From: an uncultured bacterium | GTDB lineage: Bacteria > Patescibacteriota > Minisyncoccia > Phycocordibacterales > UBA6065 | Reading direction: 5' to 3' | NCBI GenBank assembly: GCA_963841935.1 | Contig: CAWJEP010000001.1 | Location: forward strand, 74,487 to 138,486 | DNA: 64,000 nucleotides | Part shown: piece after piece, positions 9,033 through 17,063 of the stretch | Layout of the letters: each line of letters starts with the position of its first letter | Numbering within the stretch: position 1 is the stretch's first letter | Made by a program: the position numbers and the translations under genes | The notes under the pieces: generated by a model | Database searches by the model: none | What the model was told of the DNA's origin: nothing | What the model saw: only the letters and a program-made list of their open reading frames with translations

Positions 9033-10385
9033 ATGATTGACCCGAAAAAACTTTGGGAGAGCGTTCTCGGAGAAATAGAACTTCAAGTTTCTAGGGCGAA
9101 TTTCGCGACATGGTTTAAAGACACTTTCATACTAAAAGTCACCGACGGCACGGTATATGTGGCAGTACCAAACCCTTTCGTTAAAGATTGGCTGGCCAGC
9201 AAGTATCACAAACTCATCCTCAAGGGTCTGCGGGACTTCGGTGAAGACGTCAGGGTACTTGAATACGCCATATCACAACACCCATCGAAAACTTCCAAAG
9301 AGGAGGAGGCCAGAAAGTCCGTGGACGTGACACTGGGAGCGCTCCCCCTAAACGATCACTACATAAATCAGGACGACAACCTCAACCCAAAGTACACCTT
9401 CGAAACTTTCGTCGTTGGTCCTTTCAACGAACTCGCTTATGCCGCGGCCCAAGCGGTCGTAAAAAATCCCGGACTTGTTTACAACCCTCTTTTCATATAC
9501 GGGGACACCGGTCGCGGTAAGACGCACCTCATGCAAGCTGTCGGAAATTACATAAAAAAAACAAATCCGACGAAAAAAGTCTTTTATCTGACTTCGGAAA
9601 AGTTTACTGTTGATTATCTAAATTCTCTCACGGCCGGCAAAGCCAACCAATTCAAAGAAAAATACAGAAAATACGACGTTTTGATAATGGATGACGTGCA
9701 ATTCTTCTCAAGCACGGAAAAAACTCAAGAGGAACTTTTCCATTTATTCAACACCCTACACGAAAACAACAAGCAGTTGATTTTTTCTTCGGACAAACAC
9801 CCAAACCATATTCCAAACCTTGAAAATCGCATCCAATCGAGATTTAAAGCCGGCATGATAGTGGATATTGCCGCCCCAGACCAAGAATCCCGCACGGTTA
9901 TACTGCGAACCAAGGCCTTGCAACAGAACTTAAACCTTTCAACCGAGGTGGTTGAGTATGTCGCTCAAAACATGCCGAGCAACATACGTGAACTTGAAGG
10001 AATCCTAAATATTATAGCCATTAGAACAAGCACTCGTGGCGTGCCGGTAAACATAATGGATTTGAAAGAAATTATAAAAGACCACGCCAAACCACAAAAA
10101 AACATGTCGGCAAAAGACATCGTGCGCGTCGTTTCAAGTTTTTATAACATAGACGAACATTCCATATACGAAAAAACCAGAAAAAAAGAAGTGGTCAAGC
10201 CACGACAAGTCATCATGTATTTGCTTAGGGAAGACATGGGTGTATCTTATCCTTCGATTGGGGAAAAACTGGGGGGAAGAGATCACACGACGGTGATACA
10301 TTCCTGCGAAAAAATCAAAAACGACATAAAAAGCAACCAGGGTCTCGTCCAGGAAATAAACCAGCTTCGTTCGCTTATTGTCTGA
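9033..10385 (+). CDS. dnaA: chromosomal replication initiator DnaA
   Basis: The AAA+ Walker A is GDTGRGKTHLMQAVGNY and Walker B is VLIMDDVQFF. The C-terminal DNA-binding domain ends ...DHTTVIHSCEKI. The start is chosen at the internal Met (MIDPKKLWESVLGEIELQVS); the listed ORF begins at 8979. Confidence 0.9.
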   Translation: MIDPKKLWESVLGEIELQVSRANFATWFKDTFILKVTDGTVYVAVPNPFVKDWLASKYHKLILKGLRDFGEDVRVLEYAISQHPSKTSKEEEARKSVDVTLGALPLNDHYINQDDNLNPKYTFETFVVGPFNELAYAAAQAVVKNPGLVYNPLFIYGDTGRGKTHLMQAVGNYIKKTNPTKKVFYLTSEKFTVDYLNSLTAGKANQFKEKYRKYDVLIMDDVQFFSSTEKTQEELFHLFNTLHENNKQLIFSSDKHPNHIPNLENRIQSRFKAGMIVDIAAPDQESRTVILRTKALQQNLNLSTEVVEYVAQNMPSNIRELEGILNIIAIRTSTRGVPVNIMDLKEIIKDHAKPQKNMSAKDIVRVVSSFYNIDEHSIYEKTRKKEVVKPRQVIMYLLREDMGVSYPSIGEKLGGRDHTTVIHSCEKIKNDIKSNQGLVQEINQLRSLIV

Positions 10386-10530
10386 AAAATAAAAATCAAC
10401 ATGAAATCAACAGCCAGAGAAAAAAACAAAAACCGCGGCGGCTTGCGTGGTAAGATTATGTTTAGGTTATCAACATACCCACAGCCATATTAGAATTATT
10501 AGATATTAAATTGAAATAAGTTATCCATAT
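10386..10530. promoter_or_regulatory. dnaA-dnaN intergenic region with DnaA-box-like motifs (TTATCAACA at 10467-10475; TTATCCATA at 10521-10529)
   Basis: These are near-consensus TTATCCACA-type 9-mers in an AT-rich spacer directly upstream of dnaN. The region is a plausible oriC segment or a dnaN regulatory site. Confidence 0.4.
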
Positions 10531-11628
10531 ATGAAGATCGAGTGCATAAAAGAAAAACTTTCCTCGGCTTTGACTAAAGCCGAAAAAATAACCAGCAAGA
10601 ACGCGACTTTACCTGTCCTTTCTTGTTTGATTTTGGAGACAAAAAACCAAAACATTATTGTTCGTTCCACAAACCTGGATTCGGCGCTGGAAATAGAGGT
10701 TCCCGGAAAAGTCGCCGTTCCCGGAAAAGTCGCCGTTCCCGGAACAATTTTCTCTTCGTTTATATCCTCGCTCAAAGAAAAATCAGTGACTCTTGATACC
10801 AAAGAAGGTAACCTGCTTGTCACGACGGAACACCACCAAACAACGATAAAAGCTTTAGCCCACGACGATTTTCCGGACATTCCGAGAATAGATAACGGTC
10901 ATTCTTTTTCCGTTCCGGCAAAAACTTTTCTCAAAGCTCTGCGTTCCGTGTCGTACAGCGCCTCCGTTTCTTCCGTCAAGCCGGAATTGGCCAGTGTTTA
11001 TATATACGGTAACGGGGACTTTCTTGTTTTTGTATCAACAGACTCTTTCAGACTTGCCGAAAAACGCCTAAAACTCAAAGAAGTTAAAGACGTCAAGGCC
11101 ATGGTCGTTCCCATAAAAAACGTCGGGGATATTTTGAAAGTTTTCGACGATAGCGATGAGGATATAAAGATTTCTTTCGAAAAAAACCAGATATCTCTTT
11201 CGACAAGGTCCGTGTATTTCGTTTCCCGCCTTGTCGACGCTCCGTTCCCCGACTACAAAGAGATTATTCCGAAAAATCCGACCACCGAGGCCACGCTTCT
11301 CAAACAAGACCTTACTGACGCCCTGAAGACACTCTCTGTCTTCTCAGACAAATTCAATCAGGCAAACATAAAAATCGTTCCATCTAAAAAGTCATTCATT
11401 CTTACGTCGAAAGCCAACGATATTGGTGAATCACAATCATCCGTTGACGCCGCAGTTTCTGGAGAATCCATAGACATGAATTTCAATCACAGATATATTT
11501 CCGAGTGTTTGCAATCCATAGACAGCGACGCGTTGTCTCTTTCTTTCAGCGGAGCGACCAAGCCGCTTGTCATAAGAGGTGTTTCGGATTCAAGCTTCAC
11601 GTATCTCGTGATGCCGATGAATAAATAA
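10531..11628 (+). CDS. dnaN: DNA polymerase III beta sliding clamp
   Basis: The N-terminus is MKIECIKEKLSSALTKAEKITSKNATLPVLSCLILE and the protein has three-domain length. It follows dnaA. It contains an in-frame tandem duplication VPGKVA VPGKVA VPG. Confidence 0.9.
   Translation: MKIECIKEKLSSALTKAEKITSKNATLPVLSCLILETKNQNIIVRSTNLDSALEIEVPGKVAVPGKVAVPGTIFSSFISSLKEKSVTLDTKEGNLLVTTEHHQTTIKALAHDDFPDIPRIDNGHSFSVPAKTFLKALRSVSYSASVSSVKPELASVYIYGNGDFLVFVSTDSFRLAEKRLKLKEVKDVKAMVVPIKNVGDILKVFDDSDEDIKISFEKNQISLSTRSVYFVSRLVDAPFPDYKEIIPKNPTTEATLLKQDLTDALKTLSVFSDKFNQANIKIVPSKKSFILTSKANDIGESQSSVDAAVSGESIDMNFNHRYISECLQSIDSDALSLSFSGATKPLVIRGVSDSSFTYLVMPMNK
10699..10746 (+). repeat. 18-bp in-frame tandem direct repeat (gttcccggaaaagtcgcc x2.6) inside dnaN
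   Basis: It was seen directly: two full units plus a partial third. The repeat encodes VPGKVAVPGKVAVPG in a beta-clamp loop. Confidence 0.8.
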
Positions 11629-11629
11629 T

Positions 11630-11893
11630 ATGTTTAATATTTCCGGGTATCTCCAAAAATTCAAAAAGCTCGGCGAGGACAAAGAAAAAACAAGACAGGT
11701 TATAGCGGACTCCTTCGGAAAAGAGACTGGGTTGGAAATAGATCCTTCGTCCATCCGCGTTTCTTCGGGAGAAATATCCATTTCCGTCCCGCCCGCGACC
11801 CAATCAGTGATTTTTATGAGGAAAGAGCGGATATTGAAAAATATAAGGGAGTCTTTGCCAAAAATTTCTATTGACCGGATACGCTGCCGTTGA
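11630..11893 (+). CDS. small DUF721/DciA-like protein immediately downstream of dnaN
   Basis: The 87-aa ORF starts 2 nt after the dnaN stop. Its position (dnaA-dnaN-DUF721) and the pattern RVSSGEISISVPPATQSVIFMRKERILKNIRE resemble DciA-family helicase-loading proteins. The assignment is tentative. Confidence 0.35.
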   Translation: MFNISGYLQKFKKLGEDKEKTRQVIADSFGKETGLEIDPSSIRVSSGEISISVPPATQSVIFMRKERILKNIRESLPKISIDRIRCR

Positions 11894-14423
11894 CGTTTAT
11901 TGTCGTCGTGGCGTCCACTTTGTTGAAGACGGAGTCCACGACTTCTATTTTTATGGTGTTTGTCGGCGACAGGGAATAAATATTTTTTATTGGGAACTTG
12001 AATACCGACTGGTTACCGTTTATGGTCGCGAGGATTCCGCCGTTCCCGTATATGAAAATCTTTTGGACGGGATATTTACCCGTCTCTGATATGTTTATAG
12101 TCGCGGTGTCGTTTTGGTTGTAAGGCGTGCCATTGTTTTCGTCCGTGACAGCTATGGAAGGAAAATTAGTCGGAACGTGTACATCGTCGTATTGCGTTGG
12201 CATTGAACCTGGTGATTCGGTCACATATCCGTTTTGAACCGCCCAATCGAGCACAGGTTTCTCCCAATTGGCGAATTGGGAGTCCGATGCTGGATTTGCC
12301 GGTGGCGGGCCTAGAGGGTTGTTTTTGTCTACCCAATAAAGAATAGAGTGAACGTTCGTTATCGCGATTTCTTTTTGCGTCTCCGGCGGGGTATATTGCG
12401 TTGCCAATTTTCCCGACACGGTGTCTATGGTATACGTTTGTCCGCCTTGCCATATACCGCGGAAAATCGGTTTGTCCGCGGACAAATCTTCCGGAGCGGG
12501 TTTTATGAAACTGTCAGCGGAAGTACTCGCCAAGGCGTCGGTCATAAGAGTATTCCAAAGGGGAGCTATCATTAGACCGGCTATTTTTTTGACCATCGGC
12601 GTGTCGTCGTCATTGCCGCCCCAAACTCCGACAACGATGTCAGGCGAATACCCTATGGTCCAGACATCATCATAATTGTTCGTCGTCCCGGTTTTTGCCG
12701 CGACATCATAGCCGGGAATATCGAAAACAGAATGAAGGCCGTATTCCGCCGCTCGCGCCTGATCATCGCTTAAAATGTCGGAGATTGTTTCCGCGATGTT
12801 CGCCGGCATAACAGATATTGGTGTTGGGTATTCGGCTTGTTCCAGAACATTGCCGCTCCCGTCCGTGACTTTTAGTATTGACCTGTAAGGCACGTAATTT
12901 CCGTTGTTGGCGAAAACATCGTAGGCGGTTGTCATTTCAAGTAGCGACACTCCACCACCACCTAAAACCAACGTGAGGCCGTACTTGTTTGGGTCAGTTC
13001 CAAGCGACGTGATACCCATTTTCTGGGCGAGGTTCAACGAGTCTCCAAGTCCGGCGAGATACGAAAGTTGTATTGACGGGATGTTTATTGATTGGGCCAA
13101 GGCGTCGCGCAAACTCATTGGTCCTCGATATAGTCCGTCGAAATCCTGCGGCATATAACACTGTGACGGGTCGGTTGAAGACGAAAGTGGTTGGCCTTCC
13201 GGGGAACATGAGGAGTCAAATTCCGTAGGCAAGTCGAATAATACCGTTTCGGGAGTGTAACCTTTCATGAAAGCTTCCGAATAAACGATGGGTTTAAACG
13301 TCGAACCCGGCTGACGGTTGTCGGCGGTCGCCACGTTAAAATTGCCCGGAGTTGTTGTTGAAAAATAATCGTATGAACCGACCATTGTGAGAATGTCTCC
13401 GGTTTTCGGGTCAACGGCGACCGTAGCGGCGTTTGACATATTGAAATTGGGTCCCTGATTTTCTATGTATGATTCCACCGCTTGCTCCGACTGTCTCTCT
13501 AGAGAATAATCCAAAGTCGTGATTACATTTAGTCCGCCGTTTTCTACTGCATCCGTGCCGTATTTTTGTTCGAGGTATTGGATAACGTACATCACAAAAT
13601 GAGGCGCCTTTATACTCTGCGAAGAACCCGGAAGGAAGGTCACTTTCTCGTTTATGGCTTGGTTGTACTGTGCCGCGGTGATGAAACCCAGCTGCTCCAT
13701 TTTTTGAAGCGTCAAATCCGCTCTGGCCGTGAGAGCCGCCGTGTTTGTTCCGTAGGGTGAATAGTAAGTTGGCGCTTGGGGGATCGAGGCAAGATAGGCG
13801 GCTTGAGCGATATCGAGACTACTCGCGTCCATACCAAAAAATTCTTTACTGGCTTCTTCGACACCGTAAACATTTCCTCCGTAGGGCACGTCGTTTAGAT
13901 AAAGCGTCAGAATATCATCTTTGGAAAAAATTTTTTCGATTTTTATCGCCAGAATCCACTCTTTTATTTTTCTAGCGATGGTCTTATCGTTGTTAAGGAG
14001 GGTATTTTTTATAAGTTGTTGGGTAATTGTCGAACCACCCTGAGCGAATCCGCCGGACAACACATCGTCCACCATCGCCCTAATGATGGAAAGCACGCGA
14101 ATGCCGCCGTGGCTGTAAAAACCGGCGTCCTCGATGGCGACAGTCGCGTTTTTTATGTTCGTAGAAATTTGGTCGGAAGTCACGACCGTGCGTCTGGCGT
14201 TTCCGGACACATCGTAAAGAAGCACCGCGCCGGTGCGGTCGTAAATTTTAGTCGATTGGTCCACTTCGCTTTGCTGGAACAGACTTATATCCGGAATGGA
14301 AAGAGAAGAAAACCAGAAAAAAAACACACTGCCAAGCAGGAGAAAGAAACAGAGGACGGCCATGAAAACATCCCGTTTGGTGTGCGCCTTAATATGAGTC
14401 AGAACGGCTCTGAAAAATTCCAT
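11868..14423 (-). CDS. class A penicillin-binding protein (bifunctional glycosyltransferase/transpeptidase, PBP1A-like) with C-terminal extension
   Basis: The N-terminal TM is followed by the GT51 motifs (EDAGFYSHGGI, GGSTITQQL). The transpeptidase motifs are STFKP (SxxK), SxN and KTGTT. The protein is 851 aa. Confidence 0.9.
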   Translation of the reverse strand: MEFFRAVLTHIKAHTKRDVFMAVLCFFLLLGSVFFFWFSSLSIPDISLFQQSEVDQSTKIYDRTGAVLLYDVSGNARRTVVTSDQISTNIKNATVAIEDAGFYSHGGIRVLSIIRAMVDDVLSGGFAQGGSTITQQLIKNTLLNNDKTIARKIKEWILAIKIEKIFSKDDILTLYLNDVPYGGNVYGVEEASKEFFGMDASSLDIAQAAYLASIPQAPTYYSPYGTNTAALTARADLTLQKMEQLGFITAAQYNQAINEKVTFLPGSSQSIKAPHFVMYVIQYLEQKYGTDAVENGGLNVITTLDYSLERQSEQAVESYIENQGPNFNMSNAATVAVDPKTGDILTMVGSYDYFSTTTPGNFNVATADNRQPGSTFKPIVYSEAFMKGYTPETVLFDLPTEFDSSCSPEGQPLSSSTDPSQCYMPQDFDGLYRGPMSLRDALAQSINIPSIQLSYLAGLGDSLNLAQKMGITSLGTDPNKYGLTLVLGGGGVSLLEMTTAYDVFANNGNYVPYRSILKVTDGSGNVLEQAEYPTPISVMPANIAETISDILSDDQARAAEYGLHSVFDIPGYDVAAKTGTTNNYDDVWTIGYSPDIVVGVWGGNDDDTPMVKKIAGLMIAPLWNTLMTDALASTSADSFIKPAPEDLSADKPIFRGIWQGGQTYTIDTVSGKLATQYTPPETQKEIAITNVHSILYWVDKNNPLGPPPANPASDSQFANWEKPVLDWAVQNGYVTESPGSMPTQYDDVHVPTNFPSIAVTDENNGTPYNQNDTATINISETGKYPVQKIFIYGNGGILATINGNQSVFKFPIKNIYSLSPTNTIKIEVVDSVFNKVDATTTINVNGSVSGQ

Positions 14424-14474
14424 ACCAAGGTATCATAACGCCAAAATTACGTTGCTACAATCTGTTAAAGAAAA

Positions 14475-14651
14475 TTACCACTCATCTTCCTCAAATGTTT
14501 CATCATCATCGTCATCACCGATGGTCTCACCCTCCATTTCGTCATCGTCACTCGCGACTTTCTTTGGGTCGACATCCTCGTCGTCTTTTTCTTCCAGCCC
14601 CTCTTCTTTTTCCTGTCGCTCGTCTTCGTTTTTTATTGATTTTCTTGGCAT
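14475..14651 (-). CDS. small highly acidic protein (MPRKSIKNEDERQEKEEGLEEKDDEDVDPKK...DDDDDETFEEDEW)
   Basis: The start is taken at the internal ATG 14649-14651, because the longer listed ORF (to 14789) would overlap ruvC. The gene sits between ruvC and PBP1A on the same strand. The low-complexity acidic tail makes the coding status uncertain. Confidence 0.3.
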   Translation of the reverse strand: MPRKSIKNEDERQEKEEGLEEKDDEDVDPKKVASDDDEMEGETIGDDDDDETFEEDEW

Positions 14652-14737
14652 AGGTCTTGTTCGTAGATTTAGACTGACTATTTTTAGCAAATCATTATTT
14701 TTTTGAAAAGACCCAAAAGAGCGTACCTGTGGATAAA

Positions 14738-15214
14738 TTAAAACCGACCACTTGCCGCCAGAGCTATAGCCACAGCCACCGCGTCGCATTCATCGTCTTT
14801 CGCGTTATCAAACTTTTTTCTAATAATGATTTCTATCATTTTTCGCACTTGGTTTTTGTCACTCCCCCCGTGTCCCGTGACGGCTATTTTTATTTGTCCC
14901 GGATTAAATTCGCTGACGGGTATGGCGCGGCCGGCAATCTCGGAAAGTATCACGCCGCGAGCCTCGGCGACGCCGAAAGCAGTCTTTTTGTTTTTGGAAA
15001 AAGTCAGACTCTCTATGCCGGCCGCGCCGGGAGAAAATTCCTCAATTATTTTTTTTATTTTTTCTTTTACCAGATTCAACCTTTCCGCGTGGGCGATTTT
15101 CGCACTTGTCTCGAAACACTCCGAATGCACTAAAATCTCTTTTTTGCCTTTTTCGGCGTCAATGACGGCGATACCGAGTCTGCCGTATCCCGGATCTATT
15201 CCCAAGATTCTCAT
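14738..15214 (-). CDS. ruvC: crossover junction endodeoxyribonuclease RuvC
   Basis: It begins MRILGIDPGYGRLGIAVID and carries the RuvC catalytic acidic residues pattern. The size is 158 aa. Confidence 0.9.
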   Translation of the reverse strand: MRILGIDPGYGRLGIAVIDAEKGKKEILVHSECFETSAKIAHAERLNLVKEKIKKIIEEFSPGAAGIESLTFSKNKKTAFGVAEARGVILSEIAGRAIPVSEFNPGQIKIAVTGHGGSDKNQVRKMIEIIIRKKFDNAKDDECDAVAVAIALAASGRF

Positions 15215-15741
15215 TCCGCGTTCGTGAAAACCTCCTGGACTTCGTCGCAGGCCTCGAGATTATTTACCAGATTTTCAAGAAGCGACAAATCAGCGTCGGA
15301 AAGTTCGGTGGTTGTCGTCGGATTCCATTTACCGTCTTTTTTTTCAAAAGCCCACGATGCGCTGCCGATGGACGCGAGAGAAAAACCATTTTCCACCAGA
15401 GCGTGTTTCACTTCCTGCGCCGCTTTATTTCTGTTGTCAGTCAATGCTTCGATAATCATCGCCACACCACCCGGACCGTAAGCTTCGTATACAATCGTTT
15501 CAAGCGCGGCACTACCAGCTTCCGTGGCTTTTTTTACAGCTCGGTCAATGACATCGTTTGTGACATCTTCCGCCCGTGCTCTTTCAATGACAGCACGGAG
15601 ACCCGGAGCATTTCTGTCGCCCTTGGCTAGCCGCGCTTCGCTCGCTATGAGTTTCGAGTATTTCGAATACACCTTGGCCTTCGCGCCATCGGTTTTCTCC
15701 TTTTTGTGCTTTATTTGTGACCATTTATTGTGTCCGGACAT
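15211..15741 (-). CDS. yebC: YebC/PmpR-family transcriptional regulatory protein (DUF28), short form
   Basis: The N-terminus is MSGHNKWSQIKHKKEKTDGAKAKVYSKYSKLI, typical of YebC. It has the canonical position between ruvB and ruvC. Confidence 0.8.
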   Translation of the reverse strand: MSGHNKWSQIKHKKEKTDGAKAKVYSKYSKLIASEARLAKGDRNAPGLRAVIERARAEDVTNDVIDRAVKKATEAGSAALETIVYEAYGPGGVAMIIEALTDNRNKAAQEVKHALVENGFSLASIGSASWAFEKKDGKWNPTTTTELSDADLSLLENLVNNLEACDEVQEVFTNAE

Positions 15742-15752
15742 ATTTTTACAAA

Positions 15753-16799
15753 TTATAAAGCAAGCTTCTGACTATGTTTTGAGCCGATATGTTCATAAGC
15801 TTTTGCCGTCGCCGAGCGGCCGCGCGGAGTGCGTTCGATGAGTCCGAGCTGGAGGAGGAAAGGCTCATAGACTTCTTCTATGGTGCCTTGGTCTTCCGAG
15901 AGCGCGGCCGCGAGAGTTCCGAGGCCGACGGGACCGCCGTTGAATTTGTTTATTATTACCGAAAGAAATTCTCTGTCACTTCTGGTGAGCCCCAGAGAAT
16001 CAATTCCAAGTAAATCTAGTGCTTTTTTCACGGCAGGAAGCGTGACATCAGATTTTTCCAATTGTGCCAGGTCTCTGGCGCGTTTTAGTAGGAAGTTTGC
16101 CGTGCGCGGCGTAGAACGGCTTCTTGCCGCTATCATTTTTTCTGCGTCTTTGGGGATGGAAACACCGAGAATTTTCGCCGAGCGAGAAATTATTTTTTCT
16201 ATTTCTTCCGGGGAATAATATTCAAGGCGGAAAGTACCACCGGAGAATCGTGAACGAAGCGGGGCAGATAGGAGTCCGATGCGCGTCGTGGCGGCAATAA
16301 GTGTAAACGCAGGAAGTTCCAGTTGTATGGTTCTTGCCGACGGACCTTTTCCTATTATTATGTCGAGTGACCGCATTTCCATCGCCGGATACAAGACTTC
16401 CTCAATTGTTTTGTTCAGTCTGTGTATTTCGTCTATGAAAAGTATGTCGCCCGGCGAAAGATTCGTGAGAATTGCCGCGAGGTCGCCGACTTTTTCGATT
16501 GCCGGACCGGAAGTGGACTTCATTTGGGTTCCGGTTTCCTTGGCTATGAGGTGGGCGAGGGTGGTTTTACCGAGTCCCGGCGGTCCGTAAAACAATAAAT
16601 GTTCCGGGGTATGTTTTCTTTCTTTCGCCGCGGCGAGAAGAATTTTTAGATTTTCCTTTATATGGTTTTGGCCGATGTATTCGTCCCAAGAAACAGGCCG
16701 GAGCGAGGAATCCAAAGATATATCGGTTTTCTCAAATACGGCTTCTTTTAAGCCTTTTTCTCCGGCGCCAGCATCTTTATTATGAATATTACTTGACAT
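15753..16799 (-). CDS. ruvB: Holliday junction branch migration ATPase RuvB
   Basis: Walker A is LLFYGPPGLGKTTLAHLIAKETG and Walker B is ILFIDEIHRL, with the RuvB C-terminal winged helix. The start is chosen at ATG 16797-16799 (MSSNIHNKD...). The listed ORF extends to a GTG at 16922, which is an alternative start. Confidence 0.85.
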   Translation of the reverse strand: MSSNIHNKDAGAGEKGLKEAVFEKTDISLDSSLRPVSWDEYIGQNHIKENLKILLAAAKERKHTPEHLLFYGPPGLGKTTLAHLIAKETGTQMKSTSGPAIEKVGDLAAILTNLSPGDILFIDEIHRLNKTIEEVLYPAMEMRSLDIIIGKGPSARTIQLELPAFTLIAATTRIGLLSAPLRSRFSGGTFRLEYYSPEEIEKIISRSAKILGVSIPKDAEKMIAARSRSTPRTANFLLKRARDLAQLEKSDVTLPAVKKALDLLGIDSLGLTRSDREFLSVIINKFNGGPVGLGTLAAALSEDQGTIEEVYEPFLLQLGLIERTPRGRSATAKAYEHIGSKHSQKLAL

Positions 16800-17063
16800 A
16801 AAGTCTACTATATGATAAGCTTTCGACGAAAGACTGTTTCGATATACAATATCTTTTCTTTCCAGGCCATAAATCTCTAAGCGATTAAGCCTCGTGCTTA
16901 CTAGCGATACCTCTAAGGACACTCTGGTTTTTGTCTTCGGACAAATTACTGTGGTTATCCTGTGATTGTTGCTTAACTTTCACCGTCCCGGTTTAAGTAT
17001 CGCTTAGAGATTCATGTTCTGGAACCTCTCCGTTTGAAATGCTACCCCCATCGTTTTTTTTGT

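Noticed and set aside
10699-10746. Short tandem repeat region considered as a possible CRISPR-like array.
   Set aside because: It has only 2.6 contiguous units with no spacers, and sits in frame within dnaN. It is a coding tandem duplication.
14452-14706. Ser-rich 84-aa ORF on the + strand between PBP1A and ruvC.
   Set aside because: It is a low-complexity poly-Ser translation antisense to the acidic-protein frame. There is no start or RBS context.
16800-17063. Tested the pilB-ruvB spacer for tmRNA, SRP RNA, RNase P RNA or 6S RNA.
   Set aside because: None of these was recognised: no tRNA-like GGUUCGA T-arm with acceptor pairing, no SRP domain IV (GGAAGCAGCC) motif, and no RNase P P4 motifs. 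Only generic hairpins were found, so it is reported as an unclassified structured region.
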